Shown here: positions 54,791-64,000 of the stretch, piece after piece
Numbering within the stretch: the first letter of the stretch is position 1
Layout of the letters: every line of letters begins with the position of its first letter
Origin: a virus
DNA: 64,000 nt
IMG/VR virus record: IMGVR_UViG_3300047388_000107
Location: 1 to 64,000 of that record
Reading direction: 5' to 3' (one strand)
Notes under the pieces: model-generated
What the model was told of the DNA's origin: nothing
The model's input: the letters and a program-made list of their open reading frames with translations, nothing else
The model's database searches: none
Program-made: the position numbers and the translations under genes

Positions 54791-54804
54791 GGCTCAAACC
54801 TTCC

Positions 54805-54912
54805 TCACGGCGCGACCGCGTACCACGCCACGATCGCGATGACGCCGAGGCACGCGACGATGCCGAGGATCACGATCCACGGAATTTGATTGTCCCTGCC
54901 ATCCCACCGCAT
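54805..54912 (-). CDS. 35-aa single-TM peptide
   Basis: GAGG RBS; MRWDGRDNQIPWIVILGIVACLGVIAIVAWYAVAP. Confidence 0.5.
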   Translation of the reverse strand: MRWDGRDNQIPWIVILGIVACLGVIAIVAWYAVAP

Positions 54913-55650
54913 TCAAACCTCGTCGCCGTAGATCACCTCGTTGTTGATCGCGATCGAAACCGCGACTTCGCCCGAGGTGACGATGTTGAGGTGCACGCTG
55001 GCCATTTCCGGTGCGGGCTTCGGCGGCTGCACCGACCCCGCCGGTTTGATCCACGCCAGCAGCTGATCGTCGCTGCCGTTAAAGCGGTTGAGGTCGACCA
55101 GGCTGCCGCTGACGCCGTTGATGGTGCCGCTCTCCGAATACTGCCACAACGTCCAGCCGGGATAGGTACCTTCCGGCCACGACGGGGTGCCACTGGTGTA
55201 TTGCGCCAGCCACAGGTCGGTATTCTCGGCCAGCAGCTTGTCATAGCTGCCGTCGAGCTGCTCCTTCAGCAGATGGCCAGAATAGATCGTCACCCGCAAA
55301 TCGCGCGGATCGTCCAGCAACGCTTGCACGGCTTGGTGCAGATCGTCGAGCGTGCAGCCATCTTCTTCGTAGTCGATCACCACTCGCTCGCCCACGACCG
55401 GCTGCAGCGTGTCCAAATAGAATTTCATCTGCGACGCCGGGCTGGAGCTTGGCGACAGCCAGTGATAGGTCGCCACTGCGATCCCGGCGTCGATCGCGTT
55501 CTTGCAGTTCTTGCCGCGGTTGGGGTCGACGTAGCTCGACCCTTCGGTGCATTTGTGGATCAGCGCGATGACGCCCGCGGCGCGCACCTTGCCGAAGTCG
55601 GGAAAATCCTGGTGGTGCGAGATGTCGATGCATTTGACGATTTCAGCCAT
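54913..55650 (-). CDS. GH25 muramidase endolysin (phage B)
   Basis: Close homologue of 21589-22296. Confidence 0.95.
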   Translation of the reverse strand: MAEIVKCIDISHHQDFPDFGKVRAAGVIALIHKCTEGSSYVDPNRGKNCKNAIDAGIAVATYHWLSPSSSPASQMKFYLDTLQPVVGERVVIDYEEDGCTLDDLHQAVQALLDDPRDLRVTIYSGHLLKEQLDGSYDKLLAENTDLWLAQYTSGTPSWPEGTYPGWTLWQYSESGTINGVSGSLVDLNRFNGSDDQLLAWIKPAGSVQPPKPAPEMASVHLNIVTSGEVAVSIAINNEVIYGDEV

Positions 55651-55662
55651 GGGCCAACTCCT

Positions 55663-55971
55663 TCAACATCGCGGCGGGTGCCAATTTGCCAGATTACGCT
55701 GCGCCCGGACATAGGCGTTGACGCCGAGCGACGCGCCATTGACGGCACGGGCCGGTTGCTCCGCCGGGTCCTTGATCCAGATCTCGAACAGGTGGCTGAT
55801 GTGCTCCTCGAAGGCGTGATCGAGGCTGTCGGACATCATCTTGTGCATATGGTCTTCCTGCTGCTGATCGGCGACGCAGTATTTCACGATCGCTGGCGGT
55901 TCGGTGGCCGTCGTGAGCGTCACCAGAAGCGCCAGCAACACGATCGTCGATGCGGCACCTCTGGCGGACAT
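55663..55971 (-). CDS. Secreted/periplasmic hypothetical protein
   Basis: N-terminal hydrophobic signal, two Cys. Confidence 0.65.
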   Translation of the reverse strand: MSARGAASTIVLLALLVTLTTATEPPAIVKYCVADQQQEDHMHKMMSDSLDHAFEEHISHLFEIWIKDPAEQPARAVNGASLGVNAYVRAQRNLANWHPPRC

Positions 55972-56043
55972 TATTTTGGCGTGGTGAATGGATCGAAAGG
56001 GGGCACGGTGTCTCCGGTTGCGCTGAGTTGATAGCCCATCGTA

Positions 56044-57633
56044 TTACAACCTCGCATTCAGCGAAATGTAACTGCCCGCGGCATTATAGTAATAGGCAGC
56101 ACCCGCGGCGGTAGCATTAAGCCCGAAATACGCGCTACGGACACCGGGGAATGGGTTGATGGTGGACGCATTGGTGTAGGTCCAGGTGCCGACGAAAGTG
56201 AGGGTTGGCGCAGCACGCATTTCTACACCGTAATGAATAACCGGTCCGACAACCGACATTGCCGACGGCGCGTAACCCGCGTTGACCATGGCGTCGAACA
56301 GGACAGTGCCGCCTAGTTTCTGCCAGTACCGCTTGCACAACAGCAGCTCGTTCACGTAGTCCGGCACCACGAATGGCGTTGCGATTGTCCCGATTTCCAG
56401 TTTGACCGTGCCGAGTGTACCGGCATTAAACTCGACCGACATCACCGTGCCAGCTGTCTGCCCGTTAATCAGCAGCGGACTGGCGGCATAGGCCCCGGAA
56501 GGTGTCAGTGAATTTACACCCGCACGCGCTTGTGCCGTGCCGGTCCAGGTAAGAATGTAGGAACCACCGACGACCCTCACATCCTCAATCGGTTGGATCA
56601 GCGACTTACCGGCTGCGATGGTGATTTGCGTACTGCTGGCCAGTTGCGTAAAAGAGTAATCACCTCCGCTCGCTCCGGCTTTCCATTGGTCGTGACCGTA
56701 GGCCCCGGCAGCCAGCACAGCCGCAGAAACATAGCCGCCCTGATTGATGCGGAAATCTCCGTTGATGACGCTGTTAGCATTGGGCGTGCCGGTATTGCTG
56801 CGCGCCTGCGCCTGCTGGTTGGCGGTCAGGCCCTGCGGCAGATCAAACCGCACCGCGCCCGCGGTGGTGGCCGCCGAGCCGAGCGCGGTGATACCGTATT
56901 CGGTGATGATGACGAGGCCCGCGCCGCCAGCACCCCCGGCCAGCGCCGGGCCGTTGCTGAATTGCGCGGCGCCCGCTCCGCCGCTCCCCGTCAATCCGGC
57001 GTTTCCGGTGGCGGACAGCAGACCCTGTGCCGCGCCGCCGAACACACTCGGCCCGCCGTTGCCGCCCTGGGCGACACCGCCGGTCCCGACGCCGGGGTTG
57101 CCCGCCGAGCCACTCAACCGCACGTCACCGACGCCGTTTGCGCCAATGCCCCCGGCGCCGCCAGAGATGACGTAGGACACCAGCGCCGATCCGATCGGGT
57201 TGCCGCCAGCACCGCCAACCGCGCTGCACAGCGACCCCACCGATGTGATGCCTCCGGCGCCGCCTGTATTGTTTCCGGCGAGACCGCCCGCGCCGCCTGC
57301 GCCGACGGTCACGGTTTGCGACACGCCGATCATCGCGGCGGTGGCGTACAGACGTGAATAGGCTCCGGCGCCACCACCACCGCCCACGGTGATGTTGGGC
57401 GAAGCCCCGGACGCCAGACACCCCGCGCCCCCGCCCCCGCCGCCCACCAGTTCGATGATGCATGTCACCATGTTGGGCGAAGGTGTGTAGGTTCCGCTGG
57501 CGGTGAACGCTAAAATCCGGATCACGCCGCCGGTGTTTGGTGTCGCCAGCGTGTACAGCCATTTTTCGCCGTCGTAGGTGTAGCCCTGGAAGGTCTGGCC
57601 GACCGTCGGCGTGTTGGGGAAATCAAACGCCAT
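56044..57633 (-). CDS. Glycine-rich tail fibre with C-terminal NGDF..NQ domain
   Basis: FTASGTYTP...GGGGGG poly-Gly domain; INGDFRINQ...EL..C.RY. Confidence 0.8.
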   Translation of the reverse strand: MAFDFPNTPTVGQTFQGYTYDGEKWLYTLATPNTGGVIRILAFTASGTYTPSPNMVTCIIELVGGGGGGAGCLASGASPNITVGGGGGAGAYSRLYATAAMIGVSQTVTVGAGGAGGLAGNNTGGAGGITSVGSLCSAVGGAGGNPIGSALVSYVISGGAGGIGANGVGDVRLSGSAGNPGVGTGGVAQGGNGGPSVFGGAAQGLLSATGNAGLTGSGGAGAAQFSNGPALAGGAGGAGLVIITEYGITALGSAATTAGAVRFDLPQGLTANQQAQARSNTGTPNANSVINGDFRINQGGYVSAAVLAAGAYGHDQWKAGASGGDYSFTQLASSTQITIAAGKSLIQPIEDVRVVGGSYILTWTGTAQARAGVNSLTPSGAYAASPLLINGQTAGTVMSVEFNAGTLGTVKLEIGTIATPFVVPDYVNELLLCKRYWQKLGGTVLFDAMVNAGYAPSAMSVVGPVIHYGVEMRAAPTLTFVGTWTYTNASTINPFPGVRSAYFGLNATAAGAAYYYNAAGSYISLNARL

Positions 57634-59201
57634 CAGGCATCCCTCCCGCGCCGGTCGATGTAACCGAGTGTCGCAATACTAAATTGACACGTCGCCGCCG
57701 ACGCGTTCGAAACGATGCGATACTGCCGCGATGCGTTGAGGCGAACTCTGAGGTTGGTGGCGGTTGCTGGTACATTCGCGATCGGGGTACAGAATTGATA
57801 ATTGCCAATCACGGGGTTGTTGACGATGAGGGCGGCGTTGGCCACCAACGAATGGATTGTCGCCAGCGTGATTGCCGTGTTGGACACCATGACGGCATAC
57901 AGGATCGCCTCGCAGTTCGGTGGTGCTATCGCGGTCGCGAAAAATCCCGTCGTGCCAACCGCCTGAGCGTTGAGGTCCTGGATCGGCGCGTCCCACAAAA
58001 ACTCGTCGCCAGTCTGGGTGAATTTAAGCCACTGGTTGACGTTGAGGCCGTTATTAAGCGAACCGATACGGCGAAACTGCGTGTAGTTGGCCGGTAACGT
58101 CGGCGCGTTGCCCATGATCGTCAGCAGCACATCGACCACGCCGGTATCAGGGCGGCGGATCAGATAGACGTCGTGATAGTTAGCCGCAATCGTTCCGGTA
58201 TCGAGCGCGCCGTTGCCGCTGCCGACCACCCACGCGCCCATGGTCTTGGTGATCGCCGCGGGCAGTGTCATCATCGCAATATTGGTGCTGTCTGCGGCGA
58301 CGCCGGGCTGCACCGTAAAGCTCGCCGATGCACCCGGCGTCGACAGCGTCAGCCCGGCAAGGTGACTGCGTTGTACGGGATTAACATTGCCGCCGGGCAG
58401 CGCCACCCACTGGCTGGAGTTGCCGTCATTATAGTAGAGAAAGAACAGGCCGGTGTTACTCTGCCACCACAGCATGCCTGCGGTCGGCGACGCGGGCGGC
58501 GTATCTGAAATCACGACGCCGCCGCCTCCGGGCCCCAGCGGGTGAACGTGGTCCTCGCGCGCGAACTTGACCGATGTACCCACCGCACCGGCACCGCTTT
58601 CGACCAGCGGCAGCGCGGTGGCCGGGGCCCGCACATTGTTATCGACGTACTGTTTGGTGGCGGCGCCGAGCGCGGCGCCGGGATCGGCCGCCAGCAGCAG
58701 CGCGCCGGTCAGCGTGATCCCACCATCGGACCGCTTGACCGTCAGCGGGGCGTCGATGAAACCCCCGGCATCGGTGTAGCGGTACAGCGCGAAATCGGAC
58801 CCAGCGTTGCCGCCGCTCTCGGCGGTAACGTCCCCTAAAATCATCGCCCAGCGCGGATTGGCGCCGTTGTAGGCGGCGATCTGATCGGATTGCCCCGACG
58901 CGGTCTTCTGCAGCACCAGCGCCGGATTGGTCTTGCCGATCTGCAGATTGCCCGTCATCACATCGCCCGCCTTGGCGACCTTCTCGCTGTCCAGTTCCTG
59001 CAGCGCCGCCTGCACGTTGGTCGAGGCGATATTCCCTGCCGGAGTGACCGTGATGCCGGAGGCGGCGCCGCCGCCGCCGCTGGTCACGGCGCTCCACGCG
59101 GTGTTCTTGCGGCCGTAGGTCTGACCGTCGGCCGGGGCTTCGCTGATGCCGCCCGCCGGGCCCGCCGGACCCTTGATGTTGGTTTCCGACGTCCAGCTCA
59201 T
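57633..59201 (-). CDS. Tail fibre protein; C-terminal domain shared with 10597-13179
   Basis: EAPADG..Y.R, AATKQYVD, AREDHVHP; last ~240 aa near-identical to phage A fibre. Confidence 0.85.
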   Translation of the reverse strand: MSWTSETNIKGPAGPAGGISEAPADGQTYGRKNTAWSAVTSGGGGAASGITVTPAGNIASTNVQAALQELDSEKVAKAGDVMTGNLQIGKTNPALVLQKTASGQSDQIAAYNGANPRWAMILGDVTAESGGNAGSDFALYRYTDAGGFIDAPLTVKRSDGGITLTGALLLAADPGAALGAATKQYVDNNVRAPATALPLVESGAGAVGTSVKFAREDHVHPLGPGGGGVVISDTPPASPTAGMLWWQSNTGLFFLYYNDGNSSQWVALPGGNVNPVQRSHLAGLTLSTPGASASFTVQPGVAADSTNIAMMTLPAAITKTMGAWVVGSGNGALDTGTIAANYHDVYLIRRPDTGVVDVLLTIMGNAPTLPANYTQFRRIGSLNNGLNVNQWLKFTQTGDEFLWDAPIQDLNAQAVGTTGFFATAIAPPNCEAILYAVMVSNTAITLATIHSLVANAALIVNNPVIGNYQFCTPIANVPATATNLRVRLNASRQYRIVSNASAATCQFSIATLGYIDRRGRDA

Positions 59202-59803
59202 GCAGCCGTCCCCCTGAACGCGCCCCATGTCGCGGTTGCCGCGCTCCAGCGCCAGACATCGCCGCTGGTCTCGTCCAGCCACATGTCGCCTTCGATCCTT
59301 GTATCCGGCACGGTGCCGGGGGCGCCGGGGCCCGTGTACCAGCGCGAACCCCTTAACCCCGGGTCGCCCTGCACGCCGCGCGGCCCGATCGGCCCCGCCG
59401 GACCCACCGGCCCGGTCGAATAGCTCGCGGGCGCCAACGGCCCGTAGATCGCGTAGCCGTAGCCGGTGAGATCGATGCGGCCGCAGGCCAGCATGTCTTG
59501 CGGCTGCCCTTGATCGTTGCGGGTATAGACCTCGATGCTGAAGCGGTCGTTCATCACCGAGGCCGGGATCGTGGCGATGCCCGAGGCCCCGGTGACGTCG
59601 TTGACGACGATGTCGTAGCCGGAAACGACGTTGGAGGTGAACGGCCGCAGTACCAGTTGCGGATTAAGGTTCGCAATCACCGCGTAGGGCAGGCCGTTGA
59701 GGTCCTTGAAATAAAACTGTACGTCGCCCGGCATGCCCGCGGCCTGCGCGAAACCAATCTCGTCCGGCGACGCCGGGTTGACGTAGATCGTTGCGGTGTG
59801 CAT
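59198..59803 (-). CDS. Tail-associated protein with short collagen stretch
   Basis: GPVGPAGP..., RGSRWY.G.GAP...GD.WLD. Confidence 0.75.
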   Translation of the reverse strand: MHTATIYVNPASPDEIGFAQAAGMPGDVQFYFKDLNGLPYAVIANLNPQLVLRPFTSNVVSGYDIVVNDVTGASGIATIPASVMNDRFSIEVYTRNDQGQPQDMLACGRIDLTGYGYAIYGPLAPASYSTGPVGPAGPIGPRGVQGDPGLRGSRWYTGPGAPGTVPDTRIEGDMWLDETSGDVWRWSAATATWGAFRGTAA

Positions 59804-59881
59804 CCCCGTAGTTATCCCAGGTTGTATCGTCCAAGAACGTCGCTTAACTCAGGTTCGACAAACAAAAAGGTGCTTACCCCC

Positions 59882-60262
59882 ATGAAAACCCTCATCGCTG
59901 TCGGCTTGCTGCTGGCCCTCGCTACTTCCGCGCATGGTGCTGAAGTTCGCAACACCGTCCCCGGCTGGGTGCTTAGACTGGACGCCAAACAATACGCGGC
60001 GCGCGAAGCCCGCGAAGCGGCCAAAGGCACCTGGTTTCTGCTGTTCGATACCTGGTTCTGCGACGTGCATGACTGCGGGGAAGGGAAGCCGCCGGAAGAG
60101 GATTTCGTGCACCGGGACAGCTACGCCACGCAGAAGCGGTGCCTGGCCGCCGGGCGCCGTTTGGTCGCCGACCGGACGACGGCGCCGTACGCGTTCGCTG
60201 CGGCCACCAGCAACGCCATCGGGAGAATATCCCCGCGGTGTGTGTGGCATCGCTTGGACTAG
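59882..60262 (+). CDS. Secreted hypothetical protein on opposite strand (moron-like)
   Basis: Signal peptide MKTLIAVGLLLALATSAHG; four Cys. Confidence 0.6.
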   Translation: MKTLIAVGLLLALATSAHGAEVRNTVPGWVLRLDAKQYAAREAREAAKGTWFLLFDTWFCDVHDCGEGKPPEEDFVHRDSYATQKRCLAAGRRLVADRTTAPYAFAAATSNAIGRISPRCVWHRLD

Positions 60263-60267
60263 CCGCT

Positions 60268-62913
60268 TCATGGATAATTCCCCGTGAACATGCCATGCGC
60301 TTTCTGCCAGTCTCGCTCGGACATCGGATAAGCCCCCGACGCTTCGCCGCCGGCAATCGCGCGCATGAACGGGATCGCAAACGCCGGATCGCGGATCATC
60401 TCCGGCGTAATCACCATGCTGCTGGGGTAGCCGGGAATGGTGCTTCTGAGATTTCCGCTCCATTTGGAGATGGCATCTCCCACGGTTTTGCCGACATAGT
60501 TCTGGCTCAGGTTCTCGAAATTGGCGGCGGCGCCGGCAACCGGCGTGTCAAAGGTGGCTATCTTGTACTTGCCGCCGAGCAGGTCTTGTTGCCCGGTGGC
60601 GCCGTACATGGTGGCGATGTCACCGGGATACTGCGCGCCCGGGTTGTTATTACGAACGGTGGCAAATCCCGCGCCAGCCGGGTTTAACGGCGGCTCGTCG
60701 CTGTACTGGTCATAAGGCTGTCGCGCGATTTGCTGGAACGGGCCGTAGCTGTTGGCGGGGCTCTGGAAGTTCGCCATGGCGGCGGAAGGCGCGCTCATGG
60801 AGGCCGCCAGCCGGTCTCGCATCGCCGTGTCTCCCCCGAGACGTTCGACGACGGCAGGGGGCGGGGCGGCAGCGGGCGGGGCGGCGCGGCCATTTGGCGG
60901 ACCGGGAATAGGCGCATTAGTCCAATCGAAGTTGAACGCGGGCGGCCGTGATTGCAGGATCGCCTGCACGCCCCGGCTGCCTTCATCATTCGCCCGGTTG
61001 GTGGAGATTTCGCCGTGGCCATAAAATGGCGTATTCGGATAGCGGGTGTTGGCGAACTGCGTCAGCGCAGCCAGCTGGGCGGGCGTCACATTCTTTTCGT
61101 TCTTGGCCATGATTTCCATGCCGACGATGCTGCGGTTACTCACCCCCGTTTGTTTGGTTGAGACGCCCGAGCCCGGCATTTCGAGATCCTTGGCGTGGCC
61201 GGTGCCGGTGTAGCCGTACTCGTTGGCTGTGTCGTGAATGACGCCGTTGCGGTCCATGATGTATTGCGCCCCGACACCGGGACGCTCGGTCCGCCAGCTG
61301 TTGACGATGGCCTCGGGCGAACTGCCGCCGCCGGTATGGTGCACGACGAAAAGCTCCGGCTCCTGGCCGTTGGGCGCGAGCCGCGCGGCCGGGAAGACAT
61401 CCGCCGGTGGACGCGGCGCATTCGCGCCAGGATAGACCTGGGTGGCCGGGCTCTCGGCGGCATTGGCCTCGGCGGGACGCGCGCGTGGCAGCGGGATATC
61501 CCCTGTGGCCGCGTCGCTCGTCGCCGGACCGCCCGCCTCCCTGGCGCTTTCCGCCGTTCGCCCCAGGGGCAGCGGGATGGCGCCGGGCAGCGCCGCGTAG
61601 GGATCGGCGTTTGCCTCGGCCGGGCGCGCCACCGGCAGCGGCACCCGCTCGGTCGGGGCTTCGGCAGGCGGCACCGCAGGCGGCGGAATTTTCGGCGTTT
61701 CCGCCGTGGCGGGGCCGCCGCCCTTCGCCATGACTTCGGCGAGCCGGGCCCGGGCCTGCTCGCCCAGATCGGCCGCGGTCAGGCCGCCGCCACCCTGAAT
61801 TTCGCCCCCGGAACGCGGGCTATACGGCGACGTGACGCCGAAATACGGATTATAGGCTTCGGTGACGGGCGGCCCGTTGGTTTTGAACTGGTTGGGCTCC
61901 GACGGCGGCTGATAAGTCTGGCCAGTCAGGCCGCCCCAGTCGAGCCCGCCGATCCCCCCAGCCACGCCACCGCTCTGCGGCCCGCTGGTGCCGACGATCG
62001 GAGCTGCGCCAGTATCGAACGGACTGCCGCCGATCGCATTGCCCCCGGCGCTGAAGCCTTGGCTCGGGTCATAGCCGACCAGCCGCTGCGCGTCGGGCAA
62101 GGTCGGCGCGCGGCCCCATCCGGCGTTGCCGCCGTTGAAGTCAAACGGCGGCTGCGCTTGTGACTTCGGTTGCAGGTTGGCCAACGGATCGGCACTGCTG
62201 CCGCCGACGCCCTGGCCGAACAGCGAACCGAAATTGACCGGCGGCTGCTGCGGCTGGGCCGCACGTGCGCCGCCGCTGCCGCCACCAAACAGCCCGGACC
62301 AGTCGATGGCGTTGTTGGGGCCCTGGTAGGCGCCGCCGAGGCCGCCCGCGAGGCCGCCGAACATCCCGGCGCCGAAGTCGGCCGCATGGGGCTGCTGCTG
62401 CTGCGCGGCCTGGGCGAGGCCGCCCCAGTCGATGCCGCCCGCCCCCGGAAACTGAAAACCGCGCGAACCGGTGTCGAACACGTTGGGCGTGGTCTGGTAC
62501 GGCGACGCCCCCAGGCTGCCGAGGCCGCCGCCAAAGTCGTAGATGCTGCCGCCGAACCCGCTGGAGCCGCCGCCGCCCTGGAACGGCGAAGCGCCCGTCT
62601 CCCAGACGTTAGGTGTGGTCTGATAAGGCGACGCCCCGCCACCCCTGCCATACCCCGGGTCGGTGAAGACGCCGTACGGGCTCATGCCCGCGGCACTGTA
62701 TTGCGCGCCGAGACCCGAATAATAGTTGGTCTGCTGGCCGAAGCCGCCACCGGACGAATACAGATTGTTGACGACGTTCTGGTTGCCGTAGGTCTCCGGC
62801 GCCCACGGCGCCGACACCTGTCCGGCCGACATCGTCCCCGCCCCGGTGCCGCCGCCAAGGAACGGGTTGCCGGAGAAGTTGCCCATGTAGGGAGTGCCGA
62901 AAACGTCGCTCAT
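60268..62913 (-). CDS. Large virion protein with amidase_2-like and RNNNPG domains
   Basis: VVHHTGG...YIMDR.G...GH...SIVG.E...GH.EI; C-terminal RNNNPG...F.T...G. Confidence 0.78.
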   Translation of the reverse strand: MSDVFGTPYMGNFSGNPFLGGGTGAGTMSAGQVSAPWAPETYGNQNVVNNLYSSGGGFGQQTNYYSGLGAQYSAAGMSPYGVFTDPGYGRGGGASPYQTTPNVWETGASPFQGGGGSSGFGGSIYDFGGGLGSLGASPYQTTPNVFDTGSRGFQFPGAGGIDWGGLAQAAQQQQPHAADFGAGMFGGLAGGLGGAYQGPNNAIDWSGLFGGGSGGARAAQPQQPPVNFGSLFGQGVGGSSADPLANLQPKSQAQPPFDFNGGNAGWGRAPTLPDAQRLVGYDPSQGFSAGGNAIGGSPFDTGAAPIVGTSGPQSGGVAGGIGGLDWGGLTGQTYQPPSEPNQFKTNGPPVTEAYNPYFGVTSPYSPRSGGEIQGGGGLTAADLGEQARARLAEVMAKGGGPATAETPKIPPPAVPPAEAPTERVPLPVARPAEANADPYAALPGAIPLPLGRTAESAREAGGPATSDAATGDIPLPRARPAEANAAESPATQVYPGANAPRPPADVFPAARLAPNGQEPELFVVHHTGGGSSPEAIVNSWRTERPGVGAQYIMDRNGVIHDTANEYGYTGTGHAKDLEMPGSGVSTKQTGVSNRSIVGMEIMAKNEKNVTPAQLAALTQFANTRYPNTPFYGHGEISTNRANDEGSRGVQAILQSRPPAFNFDWTNAPIPGPPNGRAAPPAAAPPPAVVERLGGDTAMRDRLAASMSAPSAAMANFQSPANSYGPFQQIARQPYDQYSDEPPLNPAGAGFATVRNNNPGAQYPGDIATMYGATGQQDLLGGKYKIATFDTPVAGAAANFENLSQNYVGKTVGDAISKWSGNLRSTIPGYPSSMVITPEMIRDPAFAIPFMRAIAGGEASGAYPMSERDWQKAHGMFTGNYP

Positions 62914-63335
62914 TTATCTACTTCCAGCCTGGCTTCGATCGCCGCAACCCGGTCAAGCAACGACGCGATGCCCGCCGGAGGCTCCAGCGGCGGCAGATCG
63001 CTGAAGGCGTCGGTGGCCGGGTCGTAGAGCTTCTGCCCGAAATCAGCCTGCGGATCGCTGCCGGTATAGTCGGTGATTTCCCGCACCAGTTGATTAGCCG
63101 GAAACAGCATGGTCACGTCGGTGACGGCGACGCTGACGACGTACCCGGCATAACTGTCATTCCACAACGCCGTGAACTTGACCGTACCGGCGCCAAAATG
63201 CGTATCGGCCCTGACGTAGTCGTACCAATCGGCGCCATCGCTCTCCCGCTGCACGAACAGCGCGCCGCTCGGCGCGCCTAGCGGGAACGTGCCCGGCACG
63301 TAGACTTGCCAATTACCGTGATCGATAAAGCTCAT
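62910..63335 (-). CDS. Tail fibre assembly/chaperone-like protein
   Basis: DG.DWY...D...LFP motif; directly downstream of fibre. Confidence 0.55.
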   Translation of the reverse strand: MSFIDHGNWQVYVPGTFPLGAPSGALFVQRESDGADWYDYVRADTHFGAGTVKFTALWNDSYAGYVVSVAVTDVTMLFPANQLVREITDYTGSDPQADFGQKLYDPATDAFSDLPPLEPPAGIASLLDRVAAIEARLEVDK

Positions 63336-64000
63336 CAGGCGTACCCCACTGTGTACCAACCGTTCGTATACATCTGCAGGTATCGCCACCGGAACATGAC
63401 CGGAACGACCCAAGCGGGCCCGGGCTCGATGATGATGTCAAACCCGGTCATGACCGCGCCCGCATACGGTTCTTTCATCGAGCCCGGCCCTCCCATGCTG
63501 CCGGTGCCGACGTCCCCTGCGTAGACCAGCCGCACATTCGAGACGAGGTTCGCCCCTGGCGCCACCGCAAAGTCGCGCGTCGTCCAGAACTTGTAGCTGG
63601 TGCTGGCGCCGTGCGACGAGCCGCCCATGTAGAAATTGCCGTCAGAGCCCAGCCCGAAATTGGCGGCAAAATATCCGGGGGCGTAGAAACCGATCGCCGC
63701 GTTGGCGCCACCCATAATCTGAAGGGTGCCAGCCAGACTGGCGGAAGCGATGTTGCCGCCAACGGCGGTCACGAGCGCGCCGGTCAGCGTGCCGCCTGCC
63801 AGCGGCAGCTTGCTGGCCGCCGCGTTGGCAGCCGTGGTGTCAACGTATTGCTTGGTGGCGACGCCGAGCGCCGCCGCCGGGTTGGCCTTGACGGTCAACA
63901 GCCCGGTGGCGCGCGAACCGGCCAGCACGTCGCCGATCAGGCTGCCATCGTCATGGTAGTTGATCAATTCGAAATCCGACCCGGCGTCGCTGCCGCCCTC
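63335..64000 (-). CDS. Tail fibre protein, 5' end outside window
   Basis: ATKQYVD, KLPLAGGTLTG, C-terminal R.LQ....GWYT. Confidence 0.8.
   Translation of the reverse strand, partial: EGGSDAGSDFELINYHDDGSLIGDVLAGSRATGLLTVKANPAAALGVATKQYVDTTAANAAASKLPLAGGTLTGALVTAVGGNIASASLAGTLQIMGGANAAIGFYAPGYFAANFGLGSDGNFYMGGSSHGASTSYKFWTTRDFAVAPGANLVSNVRLVYAGDVGTGSMGGPGSMKEPYAGAVMTGFDIIIEPGPAWVVPVMFRWRYLQMYTNGWYTVGYA

Larger units (their letters stand above)
52396..64000. mobile_element. Segment of a second, related phage (B), partial
   Basis: Visibly higher GC; redundant homologues of exonuclease, SSB, RHH protein, GH25 endolysin and tail-fibre domain. Confidence 0.7.

Noticed and set aside
1-64000. tRNA, rRNA, integrase, cI-type repressor, DNA modification or defence genes
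   Set aside because: None recognised by eye; tRNAscan and HMM searches are needed to confirm absence.

Overview
All of this window is tailed-phage DNA, and it appears to hold two pieces. (A) Bases 1-52268 read as one complete, circularly closed ~52.3 kb podovirus-like genome: bases 1-127 recur exactly at 52269-52395, and the gene cut at the window start continues across that join. It encodes terminase, portal, a GroES-like protein, major capsid, P22 gp4/gp10/gp26/gp7-like tail and ejection proteins, a collagen/GH135 fibre, GH25 endolysin, family A DNA polymerase, SSB, a Cas4-like exonuclease, an SF2 helicase, a primase-helicase, GcrA, two homing-type endonucleases and many small early genes. 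I found no integrase, classical repressor, tRNA or cas genes. GcrA and a GTTC-N7-GTTC box point to an alphaproteobacterial (probably Hyphomicrobiales) host. (B) Bases 52396-64000 are visibly more GC-rich and carry second copies of the exonuclease, SSB, endolysin and a tail-fibre domain. They are most simply a related phage joined by the assembler at a shared 127-mer. The most unusual signals are non-coding: an early-gene block (44.1-50.0 kb) bracketed by two copies of a GTATAC-N-GTATAC palindrome and punctuated by conserved RNA-like hairpins; an AAAAGCATGCTTTT palindrome array with a DnaA box, with a second palindrome-plus-box copy inside the primase coding sequence; a 32-bp triple repeat; and a motif shared upstream of two scattered structural modules. 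All protein family calls come from motifs recognised by eye, with no database searches.
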